From assembly GCA_017617065.1 (NCBI GenBank), contig JAFZWP010000013.1:89808-153807 (forward strand): a stretch of 64,000 nucleotides of DNA, in the 5' to 3' direction. The position numbers were made by a program, and so were the translations under genes. The notes below the pieces were generated by a model. The model was not told the origin of the DNA. It saw nothing but the letters and a program-made list of their open reading frames with translations, and did not search any database. Positions 56,724 to 64,000 of this stretch are shown in pieces (position 1 is the stretch's first letter; the number at the start of each line of letters is the position of its first letter). This DNA comes from Bacilli bacterium (GTDB lineage: Bacteria; Bacillota_I; Bacilli_A; ML615J-28; CAG-698).

Positions 56724-57535
56724 TTCTTACTTTCAATCACTTTCACATTATTTTTATTGAATAATTCTTTTTCTCTATTAGCTTCTTTATTTAATATTAT
56801 TAGTCTTTCTTTTTGAATAACACCATCTTTAATTAATAATGAATTATGATATTCGAGATTAGAAAGAATTGCAAGCTCAATTGTTGAAGCATAATCTCTA
56901 ATATTACCCTTCTTCTCAGGATATTTCTCTTTCCATTCTTTAGCTCTCATACCAAACAAAGCAACATTTAACATATCTGCTTCGCTAGCATATATAAATG
57001 ACTTTTGAGCTTCGGTTAATTCAATTGGAATTAAATATTCTTTAATTGCGTCAGTATGAATTAGATAGTTAATTTTAGTAAGCATTCTTTTACCTTGCCA
57101 CTCTAATTCTTCACTTTCTTCGATTTTCAATCGTTGGAACTCTTTTATAATATATAGTTTGACTTCAGCAGAAATCCAACTTGCAAATTCAAGAGCTATA
57201 TCTCTATGTGCAAAGGTACCACCATTTTTTGTTGCTTTAGTTCGAATTCCAATTGCATTAAATTCACTAACCCACCTAGTAGGTGACATTGTAAATGAAT
57301 TTCTACCCGCCTCTTGCAATAGGGGGTCGAATTCGACCCCTTTAAAATTAGGATTATTGATTCTTTCCCATAATCCTAAATACTCCAAGGTAGATCTAAG
57401 TCTCATCCAATTTTTAACAACATCCTTTGGTTCTTTACTATTCTTTATTCTTGCAATGTCAGTCAAAGAAATATAATCATTATCATCTATCCCAGTAATG
57501 TTAATAGTTTTTTCTTTCACAATAATGTTTTTCAT
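56720..57535 (-). CDS. KilA-N domain DNA-binding protein
   Basis: DYISLTDIAR, VVKNWMR, YLGLWE..NNPNFKGVEFD, GGTFAHRDIALEFASWIS, KINY.IHTDAIK, YASEAD.LNVALFG. ORF-track start is 57550. Confidence 0.92.
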   Translation of the reverse strand: MKNIIVKEKTINITGIDDNDYISLTDIARIKNSKEPKDVVKNWMRLRSTLEYLGLWERINNPNFKGVEFDPLLQEAGRNSFTMSPTRWVSEFNAIGIRTKATKNGGTFAHRDIALEFASWISAEVKLYIIKEFQRLKIEESEELEWQGKRMLTKINYLIHTDAIKEYLIPIELTEAQKSFIYASEADMLNVALFGMRAKEWKEKYPEKKGNIRDYASTIELAILSNLEYHNSLLIKDGVIQKERLIILNKEANREKELFNKNNVKVIESKK

Positions 57536-57559
57536 TTTATGTACCACCATTCTAATTTA

Positions 57560-57589
57560 ATTGTACTATCAAGTAGATTTTAAGTCAAC
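57560..57589 (-). promoter_or_regulatory. Promoter of KilA-N/XRE-Nudix with candidate XRE operator
   Basis: TTGACT-N17-TACAAT. Imperfect palindrome GTTGACTTAAAATCTAC (57573-57589) overlaps the -35. Confidence 0.65.
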
Positions 57590-57599
57590 CATTATTTTA

Positions 57600-57633
57600 A
57601 TAAAAAAACACCTATAGATTTTTCTATAAGTGT
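57600..57633 (-). terminator. Terminator after rlmD
   Basis: ACACTTATAGA/TCTATAGGTGT stem followed by a T-run on the minus strand. Confidence 0.7.
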
Positions 57634-57650
57634 CTAAGTAACCATTAGCC

Positions 57651-59000
57651 CTACCTCTTTAAACTCAAAGTTGCTATTGATTCAACGCCATTAGTCATAC
57701 AAAACATATCGACTAAACTAATATCTTTAACATCATAATAACCATTTAGTATACCTAAATCTCTCGCTAAAGTTGCTGGATTACATGATACATATATTAT
57801 CTTTTTGATATTAGCATTAATTATCGATCTTAATACTTTTTCTTCTATTCCTTTACGAGGTGGGTCTACTACAATACAATCAATGTTTTTATCAATAAAA
57901 TCATCGATTAAATCTTCAACTTTGCCAACATAAAAACTAGCGTTAGTTATATTATTTAATACTGCGTTGTTTTTAGCATCGTTTATTGCTTCTTCTACAA
58001 TTTCAATACCATATACATGTTTTACTTTTTTTGCTAAACATAAACTTATCGATCCCACTCCACAATATCCATCAATTACATTCATTTCTTTAGCATTTTC
58101 ACCTAAATTATCTAATACTAGTGAATATAACTTTTCTGTTTGCCTTCTATTGATTTGGAAGAATGATTTGTGTGAAATCTTAAATTTTAGGCCTAATATT
58201 TCATCTACAATTTCATCTTTACCAAATAAGCATATAGAATTAGCGCCAAGTATTACATTGTTATGCATCGTATTTATATTTTTAATGATACTTTTAACAT
58301 TACCAAATTTATTAATAATCTTTTCTACTAATATATCTTCATTATTAATCTTTTCTTCATTAGTAACTATTACAACCATTAACTCGCTATTTTTATTTTC
58401 TCTAACTAAAATATGGCGAATCGCCCCAGTTTTAGTTTGTTCGTTATAAGCAGTAATATTTAATTCGTTACATACATTTTTAACAAAATTAATAACCTTA
58501 GTAACATTATCACTTTGAACTAAACAGTCTTCAATTGCCACAACATCGTGGCTATCTTTTTTATAATAACCAAATACTAGTTTGTTTTTATCACTAGTAC
58601 CTGCTGGCATTTGGATTTTATTGCGATATGAATGTGGTTCTTCCATTCCATAAATTTTAGTAGCCTTATAATCAATCTTGCCTATTTTTCTTAAAGTCTC
58701 ATTAAAGGCATCAAGTTTTAGATTTAAGCCAGCAACATAGTCCATATGAAGCAAACTACATCCACCACATATATTAAAATATGGACATAATGGCTTGATT
58801 CTATTAGGTGAAGCTTTAATTACTTCTACTAATTTAGCGACTGCATAATTCTTAGTTACCTTTGTAATTTTGGCTTTTACAGTTTCCCCTTTAATAGCCC
58901 CATCTACAAATACTACTAAGTCATCTACTTTAGCCACACCCAAGCCTTCATAATTTTGGCTAATTATATTTAATTGTATAGTTTGATTAAGATTAACCAT
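57651..59000 (-). CDS. rlmD: 23S rRNA (uracil-5)-methyltransferase RlmD, paralog 1
   Basis: TRAM, CPYFNICGGC, SFFQIN, DGYCGVG, DPPRKG, YVSCNPATLARD. GGAGG RBS before the ATG at 59000 (ORF track 59036). Confidence 0.92.
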   Translation of the reverse strand: MVNLNQTIQLNIISQNYEGLGVAKVDDLVVFVDGAIKGETVKAKITKVTKNYAVAKLVEVIKASPNRIKPLCPYFNICGGCSLLHMDYVAGLNLKLDAFNETLRKIGKIDYKATKIYGMEEPHSYRNKIQMPAGTSDKNKLVFGYYKKDSHDVVAIEDCLVQSDNVTKVINFVKNVCNELNITAYNEQTKTGAIRHILVRENKNSELMVVIVTNEEKINNEDILVEKIINKFGNVKSIIKNINTMHNNVILGANSICLFGKDEIVDEILGLKFKISHKSFFQINRRQTEKLYSLVLDNLGENAKEMNVIDGYCGVGSISLCLAKKVKHVYGIEIVEEAINDAKNNAVLNNITNASFYVGKVEDLIDDFIDKNIDCIVVDPPRKGIEEKVLRSIINANIKKIIYVSCNPATLARDLGILNGYYDVKDISLVDMFCMTNGVESIATLSLKR

Positions 59001-59009
59001 AATGCCTCC

Positions 59010-59048
59010 AAAAAAAGCGGTAACTTTGCTAAACAAAAATTACCGCTT
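59010..59048 (-). terminator. Terminator after gap
   Basis: AAGCGGTAA/TTACCGCTT stem plus T-run. Confidence 0.75.
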
Positions 59049-59070
59049 AATTATTAATCATATTCTATAA

Positions 59071-60141
59071 CTATTTTAATTCAGCAAAATATTTAATAGT
59101 TCTAACCATTTGGCTAGTATATGAATTTTCGTTATCATACCATGAAACTACTTGTACTTCGAATAGATCATCAGCAATCTTAGCAACCATAGTTTGAGTT
59201 GCATCGAATAGAGAACCAAATCTCATACCAATAACATCACTTGAAACGATTTGATCTTCGTTGTATCCGAATGATTCGTTAGCTTGTGCTTTCATAGCAG
59301 CGTTGATACCTTCTTTAGTTACATCTTTACCTTTAACTACTGCAGTTAAAATAGTAGTTGAACCTGTAACTACTGGAACACGTTGAGCAGATCCGATTAA
59401 TTTACCATTTAATTCTGGAATTACTAGACCGATTGCTTTTGCAGCGCCAGTTGAGTTAGGAACGATGTTAGCAGCGCCAGCTCTAGCTCTTCTTAAGTCA
59501 CCTTTACGATGTGGACCATCTAAGATCATTTGGTCACCAGTGTATGCATGAATTGTAGACATGATACCAGATTGAACAGGTGCATAATCATTTAGAGCTT
59601 TAGCCATAGGAGCTAAGCAGTTAGTTGTGCAAGATGCAGCAGAAATAATATTATCTTCAGGTGTTAAAGTGCCTTCATTTACACCGAATACGATAGTTGG
59701 TAGATCATTTCCAGCAGGAGCTGAAATAACAACTTTCTTAGCGCCAGCATCAATATGAGCTTGAGCTTTTGCTTTAGAAGTATAGAAACCAGTACATTCT
59801 AATACAACATCTACATCAAGTTCACCCCATGGTAAATCTTGAGCTTTAGGCATTGCATAGATAGTGATTTCTTTTCCATCAACTGTGATAGAACCAGGAG
59901 TAACAACTGTCTTACCATCTTCTGCGAATACAGGTTCTTTAGAAGATACAGTGTGTAATCCTTCTCCGATGTGACCAGCATATCCACCTTGTGCAGTGTC
60001 ATACTTTAATAAATTTGCAAGCATTGCAGGGCTTGTTAAGTCGTTGATAGCAACAACTTCATAACCTTCAGCACCAAACATTTGTCTGAAAGCTAAACGA
60101 CCGATACGGCCAAAACCATTAATAGCTACTTTTACAGCCAT
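59071..60141 (-). CDS. gap: Type I glyceraldehyde-3-phosphate dehydrogenase
   Basis: [31 protein letters not shown]. Confidence 0.97.
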   Translation of the reverse strand: MAVKVAINGFGRIGRLAFRQMFGAEGYEVVAINDLTSPAMLANLLKYDTAQGGYAGHIGEGLHTVSSKEPVFAEDGKTVVTPGSITVDGKEITIYAMPKAQDLPWGELDVDVVLECTGFYTSKAKAQAHIDAGAKKVVISAPAGNDLPTIVFGVNEGTLTPEDNIISAASCTTNCLAPMAKALNDYAPVQSGIMSTIHAYTGDQMILDGPHRKGDLRRARAGAANIVPNSTGAAKAIGLVIPELNGKLIGSAQRVPVVTGSTTILTAVVKGKDVTKEGINAAMKAQANESFGYNEDQIVSSDVIGMRFGSLFDATQTMVAKIADDLFEVQVVSWYDNENSYTSQMVRTIKYFAELK

Positions 60142-60249
60142 AATTAATAAATCCTCCCTTTGGTTTTATTTTTTTCCATTACGATTATACTACAATATTT
60201 ATAATTAATCAATAAAACAGCTTATTATTTTAAGCTTGGTTTATCGTTT

Positions 60250-60672
60250 TCATTCGAATTCTTTTAATGCTTCTAAGTATCCATTTATTCCTTTACCAAT
60301 AATAGTCTTGCTACAGACATCACTAATTACTAAACTTGCTCTAAAAGGTTCACGATTTAGCACATCCGATATATGCACTTCAATTGTTTTTATATTAACT
60401 GAAGCAATGGCATCTCTAATGGCATATGAATAATGACTATAAGCACCAGGATTAATGATGATACCATCAAATTTGCTATATGCTTTTTGAATGTAATCAA
60501 TTATTTTGCCTTCATAATTAGATTGGACACATTTAGTTTTTAAATTTAGCACTTTAGCTTCTTTATTAATTAATTTAACTAAATCTTTATATGTAGTTTG
60601 GCCATAAATATCTACTTCACGAATGCCTAATAGATTTAGACTAGGTCCATTAATAACTAATACTTTTTTCAT
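60250..60672 (-). CDS. aroQ: Type II 3-dehydroquinate dehydratase
   Basis: INGPSLNLLGIRE..IYG, QSNYEG, INPGAYSHYS.AIRDA, EVHIS. Confidence 0.93.
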   Translation of the reverse strand: MKKVLVINGPSLNLLGIREVDIYGQTTYKDLVKLINKEAKVLNLKTKCVQSNYEGKIIDYIQKAYSKFDGIIINPGAYSHYSYAIRDAIASVNIKTIEVHISDVLNREPFRASLVISDVCSKTIIGKGINGYLEALKEFE

Positions 60673-60714
60673 ATTCTACCTCTTATTTATCCTATACCAT
60701 TATACTATAAATTA

Positions 60715-60743
60715 ATAAAAAGTGTAAGATACTTCTTACACTT
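60715..60743 (-). terminator. Terminator after the BI-1/YccA gene
   Basis: AAGTGTAAGA/TCTTACACTT stem plus Ts. Confidence 0.7.
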
Positions 60744-60749
60744 CATACT

Positions 60750-61478
60750 TTAGTTTCTTCTTCCCATGATTAGCGCTACAATATAAAGCACACGTATATA
60801 AAGCCATATAATTGTGAACACTAAGCCAAATGAAGAATACCATTCGTATTCTTTACTCATCCCACCTTCTACCGCAATCCTGATTTGTTCCATATCGCTG
60901 AATAAGAATAGAACTGCTAAGAATACCATAATGATAGACATAAATAATGATAGCCCAAAATTATCACCGCTAATAGTAAGTAAGCCAAATAAGCTTAAGA
61001 TATAACTTACAAACCAGCCAATTAATAAACTCATTGAGAATATTAATAAGAAACGAATAAATGTTCCTGTTACTTTAACTAAACCAGTTAAGTAAAACAT
61101 TGCTACTACCATTACACATGCGATTGTAGAGATTAAAGCTACACCTACTACGCCAGGAATTACTAATTCTAAGAGTAATGAAAGTAGCCCTACAATCATA
61201 CCTTCACATAAGCAATAGATTGTACCAGCGTATTTAGTAGCACGGGGAACCATCATAGCAATCATTGAAGAAATAAACCCTACAAAGAAAGCACCAAGTA
61301 AAAATGATACACCAAGGTTAGGATTAACAACCATTAAGAAAATACCGATTGCTGCCCCAACTAGAACCATTAATACATAATATAATGTTTTAAAAGCAAC
61401 ACCTTTATATGTACACACACGAGTATCACTAAATTCTTGCTTTCTTGCTGCGCTAAATACTGGATTAGAATTACGCAT
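60750..61478 (-). CDS. Bax inhibitor-1/YccA family membrane protein
   Basis: SNPVF start, 7 TM helices, D...I...V..G..K.YEW...FGL..T..WLY. ORF-track start is 61487. Confidence 0.85.
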   Translation of the reverse strand: MRNSNPVFSAARKQEFSDTRVCTYKGVAFKTLYYVLMVLVGAAIGIFLMVVNPNLGVSFLLGAFFVGFISSMIAMMVPRATKYAGTIYCLCEGMIVGLLSLLLELVIPGVVGVALISTIACVMVVAMFYLTGLVKVTGTFIRFLLIFSMSLLIGWFVSYILSLFGLLTISGDNFGLSLFMSIIMVFLAVLFLFSDMEQIRIAVEGGMSKEYEWYSSFGLVFTIIWLYIRVLYIVALIMGRRN

Positions 61479-61498
61479 AATAATCACCTCTTTATTAA

Positions 61499-61535
61499 AT
61501 TATACCTTTGCACAACAATTAATGCAAAGGTATAA
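61499..61535 (-). promoter_or_regulatory. 13-bp inverted repeat after polC that embeds a TTGCAT-N17-TATAAT promoter
   Basis: ttatacctttgca-N10-tgcaaaggtataa. The -35 and -10 lie largely within the two arms. Confidence 0.6.
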
Positions 61536-61558
61536 CACTTTTTTTAAGGTATCTTTAA

Positions 61559-64000
61559 TTAAAATAAATTAAAGATGTTGTCTTCTTTTGGTAGGTCACC
61601 AAGAGATCCTAATTCTTCTAGTTTATCAAGTTGAGTTGAATTAATCTTAGTACGGTTTAAGACATCCTTCTTTGATGTGAATGGCTTCTTATTTCTTTCT
61701 TCTACGATTGATTCAGCTGTAGCTCCACCTAAGCTATTTAAAGCACTAAATGGAATTAATAAACTATTATCTTCTTTAGAAACTATAAAATCATATGCGG
61801 CTGAAGCATTAATATCAATTTGTTTAAACTTAACGCCTCTAGCACTAGCTTCAAGTGCTAATTGTAAGCATGGTAATACATCATTATCTTTGTTTGTGGC
61901 TGTCTTAAGTTTAATTTTGTTTTGAATATCTTTAATAGCCAAATTAATTCGATCTTTACCACCAGCCATTGCTTCAATATCAAAAGCTTTAGCACGTCTA
62001 GAGAAGAATGCAGAATAATAATATAGTGGTTTATAAACTTTGAACCAACCAATTCTTAAAGCCATAATAACATATGCTGTAGCATGGGCTTTAGGGAACA
62101 TGTATTTAATTAATTTACATGATTCGATATACCATTTAGGCACACCATATGATAACATTTCTCTTTCATAATCATTTGATACGCCTTTACCTTTTCTTAC
62201 TTTTTCCATAATCTTAAAGGCATCACTTGATGGAACATTCTTTGATACTAAATAAACCATGATGTCATCACGGCATCCGATTAATTCCTTAAATGGAATA
62301 GCCGGGAATCCTTCTTTTTTACCATGAAGGAAATCTCTCGCATTTCCGTTCCATACATCAGTACCATGACTTAATCCTGATATCTTTAGTAAATCAGCAT
62401 AAGTCTTTGGTGATGCTTCTCTAAGCATATCTTTAGTAAGAGGAGTATTAAATTCTGGAATACCAGCAGTACCAATTGTTTCCCCATCAACATCATTAGG
62501 AGTAATTCCTAATGAATCAACTGAATTAAATAATCTAAATACCGCAGGGTCCAAAATTGGAATATCTTCTACATTATCAAATTCAAATTCTTCTGGATGA
62601 GCATGTACACAATCCATTAAGAACTTAATGATTGTAGGATCATCATGGCCAAGAATATCAAGCTTTAATAAATTCTTTTCAAATTTATGATAATCAAAAT
62701 GGGTTGTACGCCAATTTGATTCCATGTCATCAGCTGGATATTGAACTGGAATGATATCAGTGTATTCTATTTCTTTTGGTAAAACTACAATTCCACCTGG
62801 GTGTTGGCTGGTAGATCTCTTTACACCTGATATTTTATCTGCAAGTAGTGTAATCTCAGCTTGACGAGCTACTTCGCCTTGACGTTCAAAATAATTACGC
62901 ACATAACCATACGCTGTCTTATCCGCAATAGTTAAAATAGTTCCAGCGCGGAATGCATGATCTTTACCAAACATTGTTCTACAGAATTCATGCGCTTTAG
63001 CTTGGAATTCACCAGAGAAGTTCAGATCAATATCTGGTACTTTAACATCTGTTTTACTGCCTAAGAATGTTTCAAATGGAATATCAACGCCATTTCTCTT
63101 TAATGGCTTTCCGCAGATAGGACATACTGCTTCTTCTAGGTCAAATCCTGTGTCAACTTCTTGCAATGCTTTTTCAAACATCAATTGTTCCGCACTACGT
63201 TCATATATCTTCTTTTCTTCATCGCTATATTTAATAGCTACGAAATGACAATGAGGGCAGTAATAATGAGGTGGTAAGCCATTAACCTCAGTTATATTCA
63301 TGAATGTGGCAACAATACTACTACCAACACTACCACGACTACCTACCACATAACCTGCGTCTGTAGAATACTTAACAAGTAAGTGCGAAATATAATAAAT
63401 TGAAGCATATCCTTTTCCTAAGATTACTGATAGTTCTTTTTCAATTCGATCTTCAATAAATTTAGGAAGTGGATCACCATAAATCTTCTTAGCATTAGCA
63501 TAGGTCATTTCCCTTACACCACCCTCAAATGAAGGTACGCCACTATCTTTAAGCATATCATCTTTTGGTGTAAACAAATCTTGAGGGAATAATGAATATG
63601 CACTTATCATATCTGCTATTTTATTAGTATTTGTAACTACTACTTCGTAAGCTAAATCTTCACCTAAGAACTTAAACTCATTTAACATTTCTTCAGTATT
63701 CATAAAATGCATTGAAGGAACATTATCAATTATATCTTTAAGTGGGTGAATACCACCACCGATTTGTGGAGCATCAATGTATATCTTTCTTAATAATAAA
63801 TCTTCTTTATTTAAATGATGTACATTACCAGTAGCTACAACAATTTTACCTAACTGTTTTGCTGCTTTAATGATTTTCTTAATTGTATCTTCAATAAACC
63901 CATAAACTGCTTTATCTTGATAACGATGAACTAAAACTGAGCAAATACTAACAGGTTGGATTTCAATATAATCATAGAATTCCATTACCTTTAATAATTC
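61559..64000 (-). CDS. polC: DNA polymerase III subunit alpha, PolC type (5'-truncated by window edge)
   Basis: GSRGSVGSS, Zn finger CPHC/CPIC, VPDIDLNFSG, QHPGG, LLKLDILGHDDPT, KIKYMFPKAHA-like LIKYMFPKAHA. The frame is open to the window end. Confidence 0.97.
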   Translation of the reverse strand, partial: ELLKVMEFYDYIEIQPVSICSVLVHRYQDKAVYGFIEDTIKKIIKAAKQLGKIVVATGNVHHLNKEDLLLRKIYIDAPQIGGGIHPLKDIIDNVPSMHFMNTEEMLNEFKFLGEDLAYEVVVTNTNKIADMISAYSLFPQDLFTPKDDMLKDSGVPSFEGGVREMTYANAKKIYGDPLPKFIEDRIEKELSVILGKGYASIYYISHLLVKYSTDAGYVVGSRGSVGSSIVATFMNITEVNGLPPHYYCPHCHFVAIKYSDEEKKIYERSAEQLMFEKALQEVDTGFDLEEAVCPICGKPLKRNGVDIPFETFLGSKTDVKVPDIDLNFSGEFQAKAHEFCRTMFGKDHAFRAGTILTIADKTAYGYVRNYFERQGEVARQAEITLLADKISGVKRSTSQHPGGIVVLPKEIEYTDIIPVQYPADDMESNWRTTHFDYHKFEKNLLKLDILGHDDPTIIKFLMDCVHAHPEEFEFDNVEDIPILDPAVFRLFNSVDSLGITPNDVDGETIGTAGIPEFNTPLTKDMLREASPKTYADLLKISGLSHGTDVWNGNARDFLHGKKEGFPAIPFKELIGCRDDIMVYLVSKNVPSSDAFKIMEKVRKGKGVSNDYEREMLSYGVPKWYIESCKLIKYMFPKAHATAYVIMALRIGWFKVYKPLYYYSAFFSRRAKAFDIEAMAGGKDRINLAIKDIQNKIKLKTATNKDNDVLPCLQLALEASARGVKFKQIDINASAAYDFIVSKEDNSLLIPFSALNSLGGATAESIVEERNKKPFTSKKDVLNRTKINSTQLDKLEELGSLGDLPKEDNIFNLF

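Noticed and set aside
52636-57600. Prophage or intact ICE
   Set aside because: No integrase, relaxase, structural or replication genes, only remnant cargo.
930-62052. Short plus-strand and nested alternative-frame ORFs in the ORF track (60-160 aa, e.g. 57967-58449, 33123-33443)
   Set aside because: They are shadows of long, motif-bearing minus-strand genes, with no convincing RBS or domain motifs.
1-64000. Genetic code 4 (TGA=Trp), tRNA/rRNA genes, CRISPR array
   Set aside because: Long ORFs are open in code 11 and TGA acts as stop (55493, 56720, 60250). No cloverleaf, rRNA or repeat-spacer pattern was seen in the intergenic gaps.

Overview
Low-GC (roughly 30%) bacterial chromosome segment in genetic code 11 (TGG for Trp, TGA used as stop). 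polC, many lipoproteins and gene content point to a gut-type Bacilli/Mollicutes lineage (Acholeplasmatales/Anaeroplasma-like; taxonomy is inferred). Every credible gene is on the minus strand. About 1-31.4 kb is a beta-mannan utilisation locus: CE2 esterase, GH2 beta-mannosidase, LacI regulator, two GH130, GH5, a lipoprotein solute-binding protein, a 7-gene double-permease ABC module, a giant 2815-aa apparently non-catalytic multi-CBM/Ig lipoprotein, and manA. 31.5-52.5 kb mixes housekeeping and accessory genes: LMW-PTP, PatB/MalY, M16C peptidase, 6S RNA, HD-GYP, methyltransferase, GGDEF-EAL, rlmD paralog, PPi-type pfk, a collagen/nested-repeat lipoprotein, YcjF, a DUF4353-VTC-DUF4956 trio, GNAT and Fe-ADH. 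52.6-57.6 kb is a decayed islet at the 3' end of a second rlmD, with a displaced rlmD 3' end, KilA-N, XRE-Nudix, RelB-VbhA plus a Fic remnant, and YhcG. The KilA-N and YhcG genes each carry a perfect in-frame coding palindrome. The window ends with rlmD, gap, aroQ, a BI-1/YccA gene and partial polC. No tRNA, rRNA, CRISPR array or intact transposase/integrase was seen. All family calls come from motif recognition by eye, not database searches.
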